Below, piece after piece: positions 44,621 to 55,370 of a stretch of DNA of 64,000 bases; within the stretch, counting starts at the first letter, position 1; the number at the start of each line of letters is the position of its first letter. The stretch spans positions 904,272 through 968,271 of the forward strand of contig JAHDYR010000053.1 in assembly GCA_019828565.1 (NCBI GenBank), in the 5' to 3' direction. Made by a program: the position numbers and the translations under genes. The notes beneath the pieces are model-generated. The model saw only the letters and a list, made by a program, of their open reading frames with translations, was not told the DNA's origin and made no database searches. Origin of the DNA: Carpediemonas membranifera BICM. Taxonomy: Eukaryota; Protista; Fornicata.

Positions 44621-46373
44621 ATGGCAGCCAATTTCGAGAGTGACTTGGTCGACTTGCGAGACGTGAGCTCACCTGTTTCAACCTCTTCCGTGATGTCCGA
44701 TTCCGCCAAATGCGAGCGCTGGATCGCGGCACTCGAAGGATATTCCCGCGAGGACGCTATTCGTGCAATCAAAGCGAATCCTAACGCTCAGTCCTTCGAC
44801 ATTGTTTGTGTTTTCATTCCACGCCCTTATTTAGCTACTAGACTGGCTTGCAACCGATTCATCCTATCGCCAAGAACTTCAACGCATATCTGGCGAACAG
44901 AACAGGCAGAAAGAACGGCTTGCAGCCCTCTCACGCCGGCGCCCATCGGCGATGACCAGGCGGAAGAAGCAAGGCCCTGAAGTCTTTGGCCACATCCCAC
45001 CAGCAGCGGACGAGACGTGCTCGATCTCCCCCGTCGTTAGCCCTTCTTATAAGAGCCCCGCGCCCGATGCTGCCTCCCACCTCCCTCCGCCCTACAACAT
45101 CGAGACGCTACCCGAAGCAGGGGACAACGGGTACGTCGTACACAGTAACGAGACGTTGTTGGCCTCTCTGTACCCGGCCATCACTTCAATCATGGAGACG
45201 CTTGGATGCTCGCTCGACCATGCGTTCAACTACCTACACAAGGCCAAGTACAACAACGCCCTCGCCATTGAAGCGGCACTAGAGGACAACACGGAGCCTC
45301 CAGCCCCAGCTGAGCGTTGCCCTGTGTGCTGGAGTCCGTTTGACGACGAGACGCCCGCCCTGACGTTGCCATGCGGCCACTCTACATGCGCTGATTGCTT
45401 CATCCAGCACATCAGGGTCCAGGCGGGCGACGGGACGCTTGGAGAGGCTGTCTGTCCCGGCTACGAGTGTGTGGCGCCCATTCCTCCGGTGGTTGCCATG
45501 GCTACCCTGCCAGACGACCTCAAGGCCTCCTACATTGCTATGATCACGAGAACAAGGGTGCTAGTCGACCCCAAGGCGATCATATGTCCCGGCCCCGATT
45601 GTGCTCTGACAGTCCGCAAGAGTCGATTCACTGTGGTCGACGCCAAGTGTGACTGCGGCCACCTCTTTTGTACCAAATGCCTGAGAGAAGCCCACCGCCC
45701 CTGCAGCTGTTACCGCGTGTCAGAGTGGGAAAAGATGGACCAGAGCGACGAGGGTACGAAGCGGTGGCTCCAGATCCATAGCAAGAAGTGCCCACGCTGC
45801 GGGACGATGATCGAGAAAGACCGTGGGTGCAACCATATGACATGCAAGCTGTGTCGTCATGAGTTCTGTTGGATGTGCCAGCGGCCATGGGAGCTCCACA
45901 CCGACTTCTACCACTGTAGCGAGTACGAAAACAACCCAGCGCAGTACGAGGACTTGGAGGGGCAGGCGTTGGAGGTCGACCATGCATTCTACACGCACTG
46001 CTGGGCACGGTTCAATAACCACCGCATATCCGAGCAGCTACAGGCAAAGTTCTTCGCGGACGCCAAGACCAGGGCCCTATCGATGACTGGGGAGGCCCAC
46101 GGTGTGCCCCATACCTCGTGGTACCGTCGCGGGGTGGATACACTGAAGGACGCTCGCCAGTACATCAAATGGACATGCGTCCACTCATACTTCATGGCAG
46201 AGTCGAACGATAAGCTGCTGTTTAGCAGGCTGCAGGGGTCACTAGAACACGCAACTGAGGCCCTATCGCATACACTGGAGAGACCTCTCAGTGAGATCAA
46301 GCCCGAGGTTGCCCTGAGGCAAACGGACCATCTCCAGCAGTGTCTGGCGGCCGTCGTCAGCTGGGAGGATTGA
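44621..46373 (+). CDS. Ariadne-family RBR E3 ubiquitin ligase (exons 44621-44803, 44835-46373)
   Basis: RING1 CPVC...CGHSTCADC, IBR, RING2 KKCPRC...IEKDRGCNHMTC...HEFCWMC, Ariadne domain; 31-nt intron 44804-44834. Confidence 0.92.
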
Positions 46374-46483
46374 ACATACGCGCATATACATAGTTAAACT
46401 TGTTTCTGGAGTTATGGGGCTGAGTGAATCAGATCTGGCATATCTAGTTTGATGGCTTCATTTTTCTGTCTGAAACTGAGAAA

Positions 46484-48652
46484 ATGGGCCGTTTTCTCGG
46501 GAATCCGATGCACCTCATACTGCTAGTTTTGTATCTCGCAATATTAGGGTTAACAGCTAGCACTGAGCTGCCCACTCAGCGCTCTACCCTTGTGGTTTGC
46601 TCAAACGTCGTCGTCTCCTCCCATTACGTCGAAATTACGCTCTGCGACGTCAATTTGCCCGAAGAACCGCATTCCAAGCTGTATGTTGAGGTTATTGATG
46701 AGTCCATTGTCCGGATCAATGCGTCCAACATCCATGACACCGCGGACGTCCAGTCCATGGCGCCCTCAGATCCCACGACGTCGACCATAGCCTCGCGTCC
46801 ACGGACTATGATGGATGTTCTGTACCGAGACGACGATCTGATCATCGTGAAGGCCGGTACTGTCACGGTGAGGCTGAGTCTCGACCCTCTTTCCATACAC
46901 GTTCTCAGTCAGAAGGTCACCATTGCTTCTATCAACAGGAACGAGCTGTTCTGGTTCGCTGAGGGCGGGCAGCATGTGGTTGGCGACGTTACTGTCCCGG
47001 ACAACTTCACGCTTCTTGCCCCGCCCGGGTCAGCAGACTTCATCGTCAAGGAGGGCACGGTGTATCGCATACCAGCTGCCACCACACAGTCTGCCTCGTT
47101 CCCGGTGCTGACTGCCATCTCCCCCACTGGCATGGCGGCGTCGGTCTGGTGGCGGAGTCCGCATGGTGCCCGGATGAGCGGGAAACGGGCCAAATACGGT
47201 ACCACGCTCACGTGCGTGAGTTCAAATGGCCCCATGCAGCTGTTCATCGCTGTTGCTCCGACGCCCAGTGATCTGAGTGAGAGATGGAACCGACTTCTTT
47301 CGTTCCCGATCAAGCCACCGCTATGGTCTCTCGGCCTGCACGCCAGAGGGGGACACACTGGCCACGAGCAGAACAACATCCCCATCGACGTCATATGGAC
47401 CGATAGACCAGAGAACGACCCTGGTCTTCAGACGATGCTCAGCGACTGGACCGGCAAGTACCACAAGAGATGCCTCCAGCCCACGAGCGAGACACCGCTG
47501 GACGTACCCGATGTCTGGCCGCGCCTCACTACCGCTGCATCCACAGCCCTTGTTTACGAGGCCTCTGTGTGGGCAACCCTGCGGGAGACGAGGCCGGACG
47601 AGAGGCCTCTTGTCGTAACGAAGACTGGGTCCGTGGGCATGCATCGATACGCCGCTCTGTGGGGCGCCGAGATCACCCGCTGGTCCGACCTGCAGGAGGC
47701 CCCGGCCCTGATGGCCTCACTAGCCATGACAGGGACGCCCTGGGCCGGTGTGAGTGGCGGCCCGACTCGAACCACAGAGGAGCTCTCCATCAGGATGTAC
47801 CAGCTTGGCGCCTTCCTCCCTCTGTTCCGCGGCCCCGCTGGCCCGGACATATCCCGGTCGGGCATGTGGGGGTTCGACCCGGCAGTGACTGACACCATAC
47901 GTAGGGCTGTGGGGTTGAAATACTCGCTCATTCAGTACATATACACCTCATACATCCTCACTGGCCGGGCTGTGGCACCAATGCTTGCCCACTTCCCTGA
48001 CGACGCAAGGACACATGCTGTTTCTAATCAATTGATGATCGGTGATAACCTTCTCGTCGCACCCGTGTTAGAGCGAGGTGCAGTCAGCCGGCATGTCTAC
48101 CTGCCAGGTAACAGCACGCGTTGGTATCCCTGGCCAACCACTGGTCTGCCCCCCAAGGAGCTGAGCGGCGGTCAGGACATCACTGTGCCCGTCACGATTG
48201 ACACGATCCCCGTGTTCCAACGGGGTGGGACGGTCATATGGCGGCGGGACCGTCTGAGGCGGGATACTCGGATCATGCAGTCGGACGGAGTCACAATAGT
48301 GGTCGCACTCGCGCCAGATGAGCACGGAAGTCTCAAGGCTGAGGGAAATGTGCTCTTTGACGACGGTGTGACCATCAAGGGCCCCCGGCTAGTCGCCACG
48401 TCCGTGTTTGAGCGGTCGTCGTCCCCCTCGGCCCACTTCGTCCTCCACAACTCCCCCACAGTCGACGCAGGTTATCTCACCGCCCCGCGGGTGGAGAAGA
48501 TCATCATCCGGGGAATGAACCGAGCCTGTCGACGGATGTGGGTGGCCGGCAGCGGGGACCTCACCTTCTACCAGGACGAGGAAGAAGGGATCATCGAGAT
48601 CCGGAGGCCTGGGGTGTTCCTCGACCAGCAATGGTCGCTGCTCATCAAGTGA
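46484..48652 (+). CDS. GH31 glucosidase II alpha-like protein, probably catalytically inactive
   Basis: Signal peptide; PPLWSLGLH, IPIDVIW, RMYQLGAFLPLFR, QLMIGDNLLVAPV, VYLPG, IPVFQRGG, RRDRLRR; no WxDMNE motif. Confidence 0.85.
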   Translation: MGRFLGNPMHLILLVLYLAILGLTASTELPTQRSTLVVCSNVVVSSHYVEITLCDVNLPEEPHSKLYVEVIDESIVRINASNIHDTADVQSMAPSDPTTSTIASRPRTMMDVLYRDDDLIIVKAGTVTVRLSLDPLSIHVLSQKVTIASINRNELFWFAEGGQHVVGDVTVPDNFTLLAPPGSADFIVKEGTVYRIPAATTQSASFPVLTAISPTGMAASVWWRSPHGARMSGKRAKYGTTLTCVSSNGPMQLFIAVAPTPSDLSERWNRLLSFPIKPPLWSLGLHARGGHTGHEQNNIPIDVIWTDRPENDPGLQTMLSDWTGKYHKRCLQPTSETPLDVPDVWPRLTTAASTALVYEASVWATLRETRPDERPLVVTKTGSVGMHRYAALWGAEITRWSDLQEAPALMASLAMTGTPWAGVSGGPTRTTEELSIRMYQLGAFLPLFRGPAGPDISRSGMWGFDPAVTDTIRRAVGLKYSLIQYIYTSYILTGRAVAPMLAHFPDDARTHAVSNQLMIGDNLLVAPVLERGAVSRHVYLPGNSTRWYPWPTTGLPPKELSGGQDITVPVTIDTIPVFQRGGTVIWRRDRLRRDTRIMQSDGVTIVVALAPDEHGSLKAEGNVLFDDGVTIKGPRLVATSVFERSSSPSAHFVLHNSPTVDAGYLTAPRVEKIIIRGMNRACRRMWVAGSGDLTFYQDEEEGIIEIRRPGVFLDQQWSLLIK

Positions 48653-48988
48653 GCGTCATGTTTACATTTATGCACCGCCTGGGTTGGACCCACGCGCTTT
48701 CAATAAACCTCAACGTAACTTACGTGAGTCTGCTCAGAGAGTATGTAACGTCATCTTCCTCTCACCCTGGGGGCCCAACCTTACGGCCTGCGCGAAGGAT
48801 CATGGGTCATCCGAAGGCTTGCCGAGGCCAGACCAACCACCGGTGTATGCGCTTCAACAACTCACGATACCTTACTCAACCCACCGCTGTTGGACGGGGG
48901 CCGGGGTAACCTGGCCGAACATGCAGCAGGAAACGTTTACTTAGACAGGTAGCCCGCCGGCGCGAGATGCATGCCACGGTCACCTTGC

Positions 48989-49357
48989 ATGGCATCCGTA
49001 GCTAATCCCGTAGAGAGCCTGAAGAAGTACATCGACGCCTTCAACAACGAGGACATCGACTATATCAAGAGCCAGCTTGACGAGAACATCACTGTTTTCT
49101 TCAACGGCGCCGAAGCAGCCAAAGGCCGTGACACGATCCTCCCAAGCTACAAGACGGACTTTGAGAACAAGAAGAAGGTCAAGATTCACCGCGGACCGTT
49201 CCTCGTCGAGAATGGGACCGCCGCCGACGTTGGGCTCACCGCCATCACGCCCGGGCAGCCAACCGTCACTCTGGACTGCGTGTACACGTATGCCGAGGAC
49301 CCCATGCGCCAGATCAAGCACTCGATCACCAACGTGCGGGAGGTGAAGGCCGAATGA
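48989..49357 (+). CDS. SnoaL/NTF2-like domain protein
   Basis: LKKYIDAFNNEDID...LDENI...KGRDTI pattern; 122 aa. Confidence 0.8.
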   Translation: MASVANPVESLKKYIDAFNNEDIDYIKSQLDENITVFFNGAEAAKGRDTILPSYKTDFENKKKVKIHRGPFLVENGTAADVGLTAITPGQPTVTLDCVYTYAEDPMRQIKHSITNVREVKAE

Positions 49358-49900
49358 GAGCAATTAAATGTCGATGGGAAGGGTTGAGCTTCTGGATGGT
49401 CCCGACGGGGATCGTCAGATCGATGGGGAAGGAGCCGGCGAGGAACTCTATGGAGATGTTCTCTTAGATGCCCGTCTCGCGCAGTGCGTTTGAGTCCTCG
49501 CCACACATCCACGCCATCCTCTGGTGATGCGGCCATGACGAAATACGCAACGTACTGACAAAACAGATAATCAGTTGGATTCAACTAGTTGGGATAGGAT
49601 GAGGAAATTGTTCAGCTTGTTCGAGACACAACATAACCCCAAACTTGCATCAGAGGAGTTCATGTGCTTGGCAGATGAGGCAGATGAGTTCTGAAGCAAA
49701 ATACTTCGCCATACCTCTTATGATCATACAAATAAAGGAGCTTCCACTGCATCATCCCATTATTCTTCTTAGCTAGTCAGATCTACCCTCATTCTGTTTC
49801 AAATTTTCAAAGCCATAAACTGAGCTCTATTTTAACATAGTGATGCAAAAAACTATTGCAGAAAAACACCACTGATATCTGCCCATCGAATCTAGTTCTC

Positions 49901-50206
49901 ATGTCTGGCAAGGCTAAGGGAGGCAAGGGTCTCGGCAAGGGCGCCAAGCGCCGCCACCGTATTTTCCGCGATAACATCCAAGGTATCACCAAGCCCGCTA
50001 TCCGCCGTCTCGCTCGTCGTGGTGGTGTGAAGCGTATCTCTGCTGATATCTACGATCAGACTCGCACTGTTCTCAAGTCTTTCCTCGAGAACGTTGTCCG
50101 CGATGCTGTCACATACACTGAGCACGCCCGCCGCAAGACCGTCACCTCCATGGACGTCGTCTACGCTCTCAAGCGCCAGGGTCGCATGCTCTATGGCTTC
50201 GCTTAA
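49901..50206 (+). CDS. H4: histone H4
   Basis: [25 protein letters not shown]...[26 protein letters not shown]. Confidence 0.99.
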   Translation: MSGKAKGGKGLGKGAKRRHRIFRDNIQGITKPAIRRLARRGGVKRISADIYDQTRTVLKSFLENVVRDAVTYTEHARRKTVTSMDVVYALKRQGRMLYGFA

Positions 50207-50228
50207 TTGCAATCAAACAACCAAAAAC

Positions 50229-50244
50229 GGTGTCATCTGACACC
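50229..50244 (+). promoter_or_regulatory. histone mRNA 3' stem-loop
   Basis: ccaaaaac-GGTGTC-atct-GACACC-aaatc: 6-bp stem and 4-nt loop, 22 nt after the H4 stop. Confidence 0.8.
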
Positions 50245-50433
50245 AAATCTAATCAAAATCAGTTTCTCACCAGGCGGGAAGGAAGTTCGTGTTATACCGA
50301 TCGCAATTGTAAAGAATCGACGTTGGACATTAGACTTTTATCTCGATGTGGGCTCCCTCACCAGGCTCTGCCAGAAAGTACTGCCGACGGAGGCTCGACA
50401 TGCTGAGTGCAAGGCGTGTCACACCTACTACCG

Positions 50434-50883
50434 TCACCCCTTGCTGACGTACTGCCGCATTGTCGTCTGCCCGGTCGGCTTTGTCACCAAGTAATCGGCC
50501 ACGTCCAGGGGCTTCTTCTGGGCCATGCAGTCGAGCAGCCACTGCGGGTTGACGATGGGCGGTGGGTGCATCACCTTGTTGATCTTATCGGCTCTTCCAA
50601 GCCCGACGTTGGACGCTATTATGTGTGTCACGGTGCCACAAAGGCCGAGGCTGATCTTGCCGCCGTTGGCTCGAATCATGCGATGGAGCGCGATGTTCGA
50701 AATGTTCTTGCCCTTCGGCGAAATCTTCCCAAGGATAAAGAACGTCATTCCACCGAAAATATCGCTGTCTCTCGTCGCTGGTGCGAGCTTTTTCTCTCTG
50801 TATTCCCAATACTTGCGAGATGAGGCCATACCACGCCGAGGACCAGTATTACTAGGGCCATGTACTCTGTTGTGATCACTCAT
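50434..50883 (-). CDS. stand-alone REV1-type BRCT domain protein
   Basis: YWEYREKKL...IFGGMTFFILG...NGG...VTHIIASN...IVNPQWLLDC...YLV; start uncertain. Confidence 0.8.
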   Translation of the reverse strand: MSDHNRVHGPSNTGPRRGMASSRKYWEYREKKLAPATRDSDIFGGMTFFILGKISPKGKNISNIALHRMIRANGGKISLGLCGTVTHIIASNVGLGRADKINKVMHPPPIVNPQWLLDCMAQKKPLDVADYLVTKPTGQTTMRQYVSKG

Positions 50884-51118
50884 ATCGTTAGAAGCGCTGG
50901 AAGCCTGCGGTCCGGCGCTTTTTGTTCCCTTCTCAAGTTCGCATTTACGGACGTTCTGCTGATACATGTCGACATGTATACGCGTAGTGCATGTAGCCAA
51001 CAGGCCATGCGGCTGGATATGGGTAGACCCTCAATCCCATCCAATACCGGTGGCCGTTTACAAATCAATCAACAAGTGAAGGCCACGTACAAGACTGCTG
51101 AACAACAACAGCCCAAGC

Positions 51119-51608
51119 TCACATACCATCACCCTTCACGACCTTCAGTATCGTTGTTACAAGCCTATCGAACGCCTTATCGTCCCTAGCTTGGTCCAGC
51201 GCGATCTCGGCCCGGCGGACAGCCTGTCGGTCATCCAAGACGTTGGCAGCAGATGGCCGGGCAAGATGAACTATTTCCATTGCCACTGCTCTGGTGTGTT
51301 CGTCTCTGAGCAGCTCGGCGATCTCCTGGGAGTTGTCGAGCTGGAGCTGGAGAGAGGGCGTCATCGTGGGAAGATTCAGGGTGTCCTCGAGCACGAAATT
51401 CGGATCAACTGGGTCAGTGGGTCGGTGGGTACGTACTACGTTCCTCAAGGGACCTGGAGAAGTCCGTGGCGAGCTTCCTCTTTGGTGCTGGAGTGGCAGA
51501 GCAAGAATCCCTGTGTTTCTTCATACATTCCATACTACAGTAGTATTTCTTGCATGTAGAGCACTTGTACTTGCCCTCATTCCCGCAGACTCCACAGGTT
51601 GCCCGCAT
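51119..51608 (-). CDS. zinc finger HIT protein (ZNHIT3/Hit1-like; exons 51608-51437, 51408-51119)
   Basis: CGVC...KYKCSTC...YCSMECMKKH; 28-nt intron 51409-51436 (GTACGT...CTGACCCAG) joins the two ORFs. Confidence 0.85.
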
Positions 51609-51809
51609 CGTCACCGGCTAAACTGCTCGGCCACGGTAGATTTGCTCTGGGCATCGTCTGACAGGTGAAGGCAAGCTAACTACTGGTGCGTGGGAATATT
51701 ACCTCTTAAATCGTCACCATGCCCAGTTTTTGACTTTTCCTTAAAGTGCGGCGTACGAAATCGGAGAATCTCGGAATTCTCGCTATTCCCGCCTTATTCT
51801 ATCCCAAGC

Positions 51810-54800
51810 ATGCTTCAGTTCACATCTCTATTGGAGGAGCGAAGGGATGACATCGAATGTATCAATCTTTCCACGTGCAATATCACCGACAGCCTGATGT
51901 CGCGCATGCTACCGTACTTGCAGCGCATCAAGAACCTTCGGCAGCTTGATCTGTCCAACAACGCCCTCACCCGTCTTCCCAAGGGTATTGAGAAGTTGCG
52001 GCACCTTGAGGCGCTCTACATCAAGGGCAACCACCTGCTGGACCCGTCAGAAACGATCGACATCCTCGGGGGCATCGTATCCCTGCACCACGTGACTATT
52101 GACCTCACTGGTAACGAGAATGCTGTTACTGGGGACCTGGAGACGGAGATTATCATGAAGGCGAAGTCCCTCGAGAGCTACAACGGAATCTCTCTCGTCG
52201 ACGCTGCTGTTTCCATCCCGAAGATCCAAGACAAGCCCCCGCTCAAGTTCGCTGCCCTGTTCAAGTCAGAGGACGAGTTCTTCGTCTCCTCAGTCTCCTC
52301 CGAGGAGCCCACGCCCAAGCATTCTCCCCGGGCGTCAGCCGGCCTTGAGTTCGAGGATATTGGGGGAAAGGTGCAGGATTACGTCAAGGACGCCTTCAAG
52401 GACTCGTCATTCGACTTTGGTGGCTCTGACGATGAAAGTGCACCCTCCCTCATCAAGCCCGTCTCTCCCACGAAACTAGAGCCAGAGCCAGAACCAGAGC
52501 CCGAGGTTGAGCTGGAACGGACATCGGTCCCATTCCTCCCGTCCAACGCGGACCTCGACACCGTCGTCGCCGCTGTATCCGAGCTTCCCGGCTGTGACCC
52601 CCTGCTCGGCCTCCTCAGCCGGCCCCTGCTCACGGCCCCGTTCCAGGCGAAGGGGGTCGAGCCAGGCATTGATTCACCGCTCGATCAAGAGGATATGGCG
52701 AGGATTGCACACCTCTTTGAGCTAATCAAGCAACTTAGGTCAGCCGGCGCAGTGCAGGCTGGTGAGTCGGCCGGCCTGGCGTACGACCGCACTGTCGTCC
52801 ACACGTTCAACACCGCCCTCCGTCTGAAGTTCGACGCACACACCCAGAACGTGCTCAGAAACCTTTCATCAATTGATGAAACCACCACTCCTGAAGACCA
52901 CCGCGCCATGTCCATATTTGCCCGCCTCGACCTTGCTTCTCTCTGCGTTGACGAGCTGATCGAGGCATGCCGTCCCATGGACGAGCTCTTCATCATCGCC
53001 CACGACCTGAGTGAACTTGTCCAGGGATGTATGGCCGCCGTCCCTGCCGCTCTTAGGGGGGTGCAGGACAGGTGCGACGACATGCTCGCTGGTAAGGACG
53101 AGGTGATCGCTGCCAAGGACGCCGAGATCGAGGCCCTTCATGGAAAGATCGCAGCGATGCAGTCTGAGGCAGATAGATTCGGTTCAAGGCTCAAGTCGAT
53201 TGAGTTGGACCACTCGAAAGCGACAGCTGAATCCGATGCTGTGGTTGCCGAACTCAGTGAGGCCAACCGCCAGCTGAAACACGAGGTCCGCCGTCTCCGA
53301 TCATCCCTCACCAGCCGACCAAAGACAGAGACGGGGTACGCCGCCATTGAGCCCAAGCGGGGTCGGTCTAAGCTCGTGACTCCAGTGAAGTCAGCACCCT
53401 CGACGACGGGGTATGCCGATCACTCCCAGTTCAAACGGATGACACCAGCCCAGGTCAAGGAGTTCTTCGACACATTCCTCGCTGCTTACAAGAAGGCTGA
53501 GGCCAAGGAAAAGCTGTCGCCCAGTGAATATCTGACCACATTCATCGGACATAGATACGGCATCAAGAAGCTCTCGAACCGGACGATCGAGAATCTCGTG
53601 TCGTCGCTCGCTGCCCTGAGAGAACGTGACTCGACCGCTAGATTATTCGACTCAATCATATCAAATAAGATCGATCTTGGATACGCAGATGTCCACCGCC
53701 AGCTCGAGGAGAGCGTCATTGATCTCCTAGCCACCCTCCTTCGCCGCAAGAACCCCGGTTGGTCCGCTGCTAAGTTCAGCGAGCAGCTCAGCGAGATCAT
53801 TGCGACCGACGTCAGCGAGGGCATGTGGACCATGATCATCAAGCACCTCTACGGCAACGACGTGGCTCTCGTGACTCAGAAGGTTAGGCGGTGGTCGCTG
53901 CGTCTCCTCGTCGAGGCTGGGAAAATGAAGCAATCAACTGCCGACCAGCTTCTGGACTCCTTCGCCGCCTCCCCTGAAACCCTCACAGTCCGCTCCGTCG
54001 TCATGAAGGGCAGCGAGCCCGACCATGTCCAGGTTACACTTGGCAGCGGTCGGTCCAAGGCCCAGGTCGCCCGGGAGCGGTTTGCTCGAATGGTCGGTCG
54101 ATTGCCCACACGAGAGCTGATTGAGTGTCTCCAATTGCACCAGATTTCACGGCACGAGCAGCTCTTGGCCCCCCTCGCGGACAAGTTTAGCGCCGTTGTC
54201 GTCCAAGGTCACGACCACGTTTCAGATGACACCTTTGCCCGACTCATCCTCGAACTGTCGCCAGACATGACTGACCTCGAGGTCACCGCGCTCATTGACA
54301 CGCTAGACCCTAACAAGGTCGGTCGACTGACTTTTACCGACTACTGCAACACCGCGCTGCCTCTATGGATCGGGGCGAAAAAGCCACGGTCAAGGAGGAA
54401 CGACCCTGTGATGCGGTCGACCCCGGCTCTCGGACAGACCGGCACTACCGCCCCAGCGACAGTGGCTGCCCCCGAAACCGTGCCCCAGTCGACGGTGGTG
54501 GAGTCAGTTGTGCCGGTCACGACCATGACTCACCCGACTCCGGCCAAGGAGGCGTACGCCAGCACAGCGCTTCCCCCGCTCGCACATAGCACCGCGGGCG
54601 GCGATGGGGAGACGGAGGATGAGATGGAGAGCGCCGTTGTCCAGCTCGGCCTGACGGAATCTGACCTTGCTGAGCCCGCGCCATACTCCCACGAGCCCGC
54701 CAAGGAGAGCACACCAGCCCAACCTGACCTGGCTGGCAGCGTCGTCCCCGTGATAGGTGGTGTGCCGATGGCCGAGCCCGGCATGAAGCAGGACCGCCCA

Positions 54801-54833
54801 GACCGGCCTCGGCGGAAGGGGGCGAGGAAGTGA
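51810..54833 (+). CDS. leucine-rich repeat / coiled-coil / EF-hand-like protein
   Basis: LRRs (LRQLDLSNNALTRLP, LEALYIKGN); central coiled coil; DPNKVGRLTFTDY. Confidence 0.85.
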   Translation: MLQFTSLLEERRDDIECINLSTCNITDSLMSRMLPYLQRIKNLRQLDLSNNALTRLPKGIEKLRHLEALYIKGNHLLDPSETIDILGGIVSLHHVTIDLTGNENAVTGDLETEIIMKAKSLESYNGISLVDAAVSIPKIQDKPPLKFAALFKSEDEFFVSSVSSEEPTPKHSPRASAGLEFEDIGGKVQDYVKDAFKDSSFDFGGSDDESAPSLIKPVSPTKLEPEPEPEPEVELERTSVPFLPSNADLDTVVAAVSELPGCDPLLGLLSRPLLTAPFQAKGVEPGIDSPLDQEDMARIAHLFELIKQLRSAGAVQAGESAGLAYDRTVVHTFNTALRLKFDAHTQNVLRNLSSIDETTTPEDHRAMSIFARLDLASLCVDELIEACRPMDELFIIAHDLSELVQGCMAAVPAALRGVQDRCDDMLAGKDEVIAAKDAEIEALHGKIAAMQSEADRFGSRLKSIELDHSKATAESDAVVAELSEANRQLKHEVRRLRSSLTSRPKTETGYAAIEPKRGRSKLVTPVKSAPSTTGYADHSQFKRMTPAQVKEFFDTFLAAYKKAEAKEKLSPSEYLTTFIGHRYGIKKLSNRTIENLVSSLAALRERDSTARLFDSIISNKIDLGYADVHRQLEESVIDLLATLLRRKNPGWSAAKFSEQLSEIIATDVSEGMWTMIIKHLYGNDVALVTQKVRRWSLRLLVEAGKMKQSTADQLLDSFAASPETLTVRSVVMKGSEPDHVQVTLGSGRSKAQVARERFARMVGRLPTRELIECLQLHQISRHEQLLAPLADKFSAVVVQGHDHVSDDTFARLILELSPDMTDLEVTALIDTLDPNKVGRLTFTDYCNTALPLWIGAKKPRSRRNDPVMRSTPALGQTGTTAPATVAAPETVPQSTVVESVVPVTTMTHPTPAKEAYASTALPPLAHSTAGGDGETEDEMESAVVQLGLTESDLAEPAPYSHEPAKESTPAQPDLAGSVVPVIGGVPMAEPGMKQDRPDRPRRKGARK

Positions 54834-55370
54834 AGATCTCTGTGTAACATACGTGCTATAGTTTAAAGGATGGTAGCTCTCTTGGCGAATGGCGACTTCA
54901 TATTACTTTATAAATAGGCCTCCTCGGTCATTCGGGTCAACGTCAACTGGTTCGATCACATTAACACGTTATCACAACGGCACTCACCGACCCCAATTTC
55001 GTCCACGCCACCCACCCTGAACCACTGGCCGGACAGGCCACGAACTGAGGCATGGCTACATGCAGTCGCCTCCAAGGGGAAGAGCGCCGTTCCAATGGAA
55101 TACTTGCACAGAAATCTCTTGCCCTCGGTCACCCAGACCAGTTCGCGGTCGGAAACGAAGATACCCTTCACCATCTCTGGGAACCGGGGCGGGTGTGAGG
55201 CACACGGTGCTCGCCAAGCCCAGGCAGCAGGTGCGACAGGGCGATAAGACGGCGAGCAGCGGCGTTGATATTAAGTGATGCCGAGGACTGACTTCCACCC
55301 AAGCCTTCGGGTGGCCCGCTGATCCGTCATGTTTGTGTGAGTTGTGGTGTATCGTGCTCAATCATCACTG

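Noticed and set aside
49360-49520. Minus-strand coding-like fragment (…ETGI*ENISIEFLAGSFPIDL…)
   Set aside because: Short, interrupted and with no recognisable homology
55147-55160. ggtcggaaacg resembling SRP RNA helix 8
   Set aside because: The flanking CAGG and AGCAG internal-loop bases are missing, and no helix 5/6 context is visible
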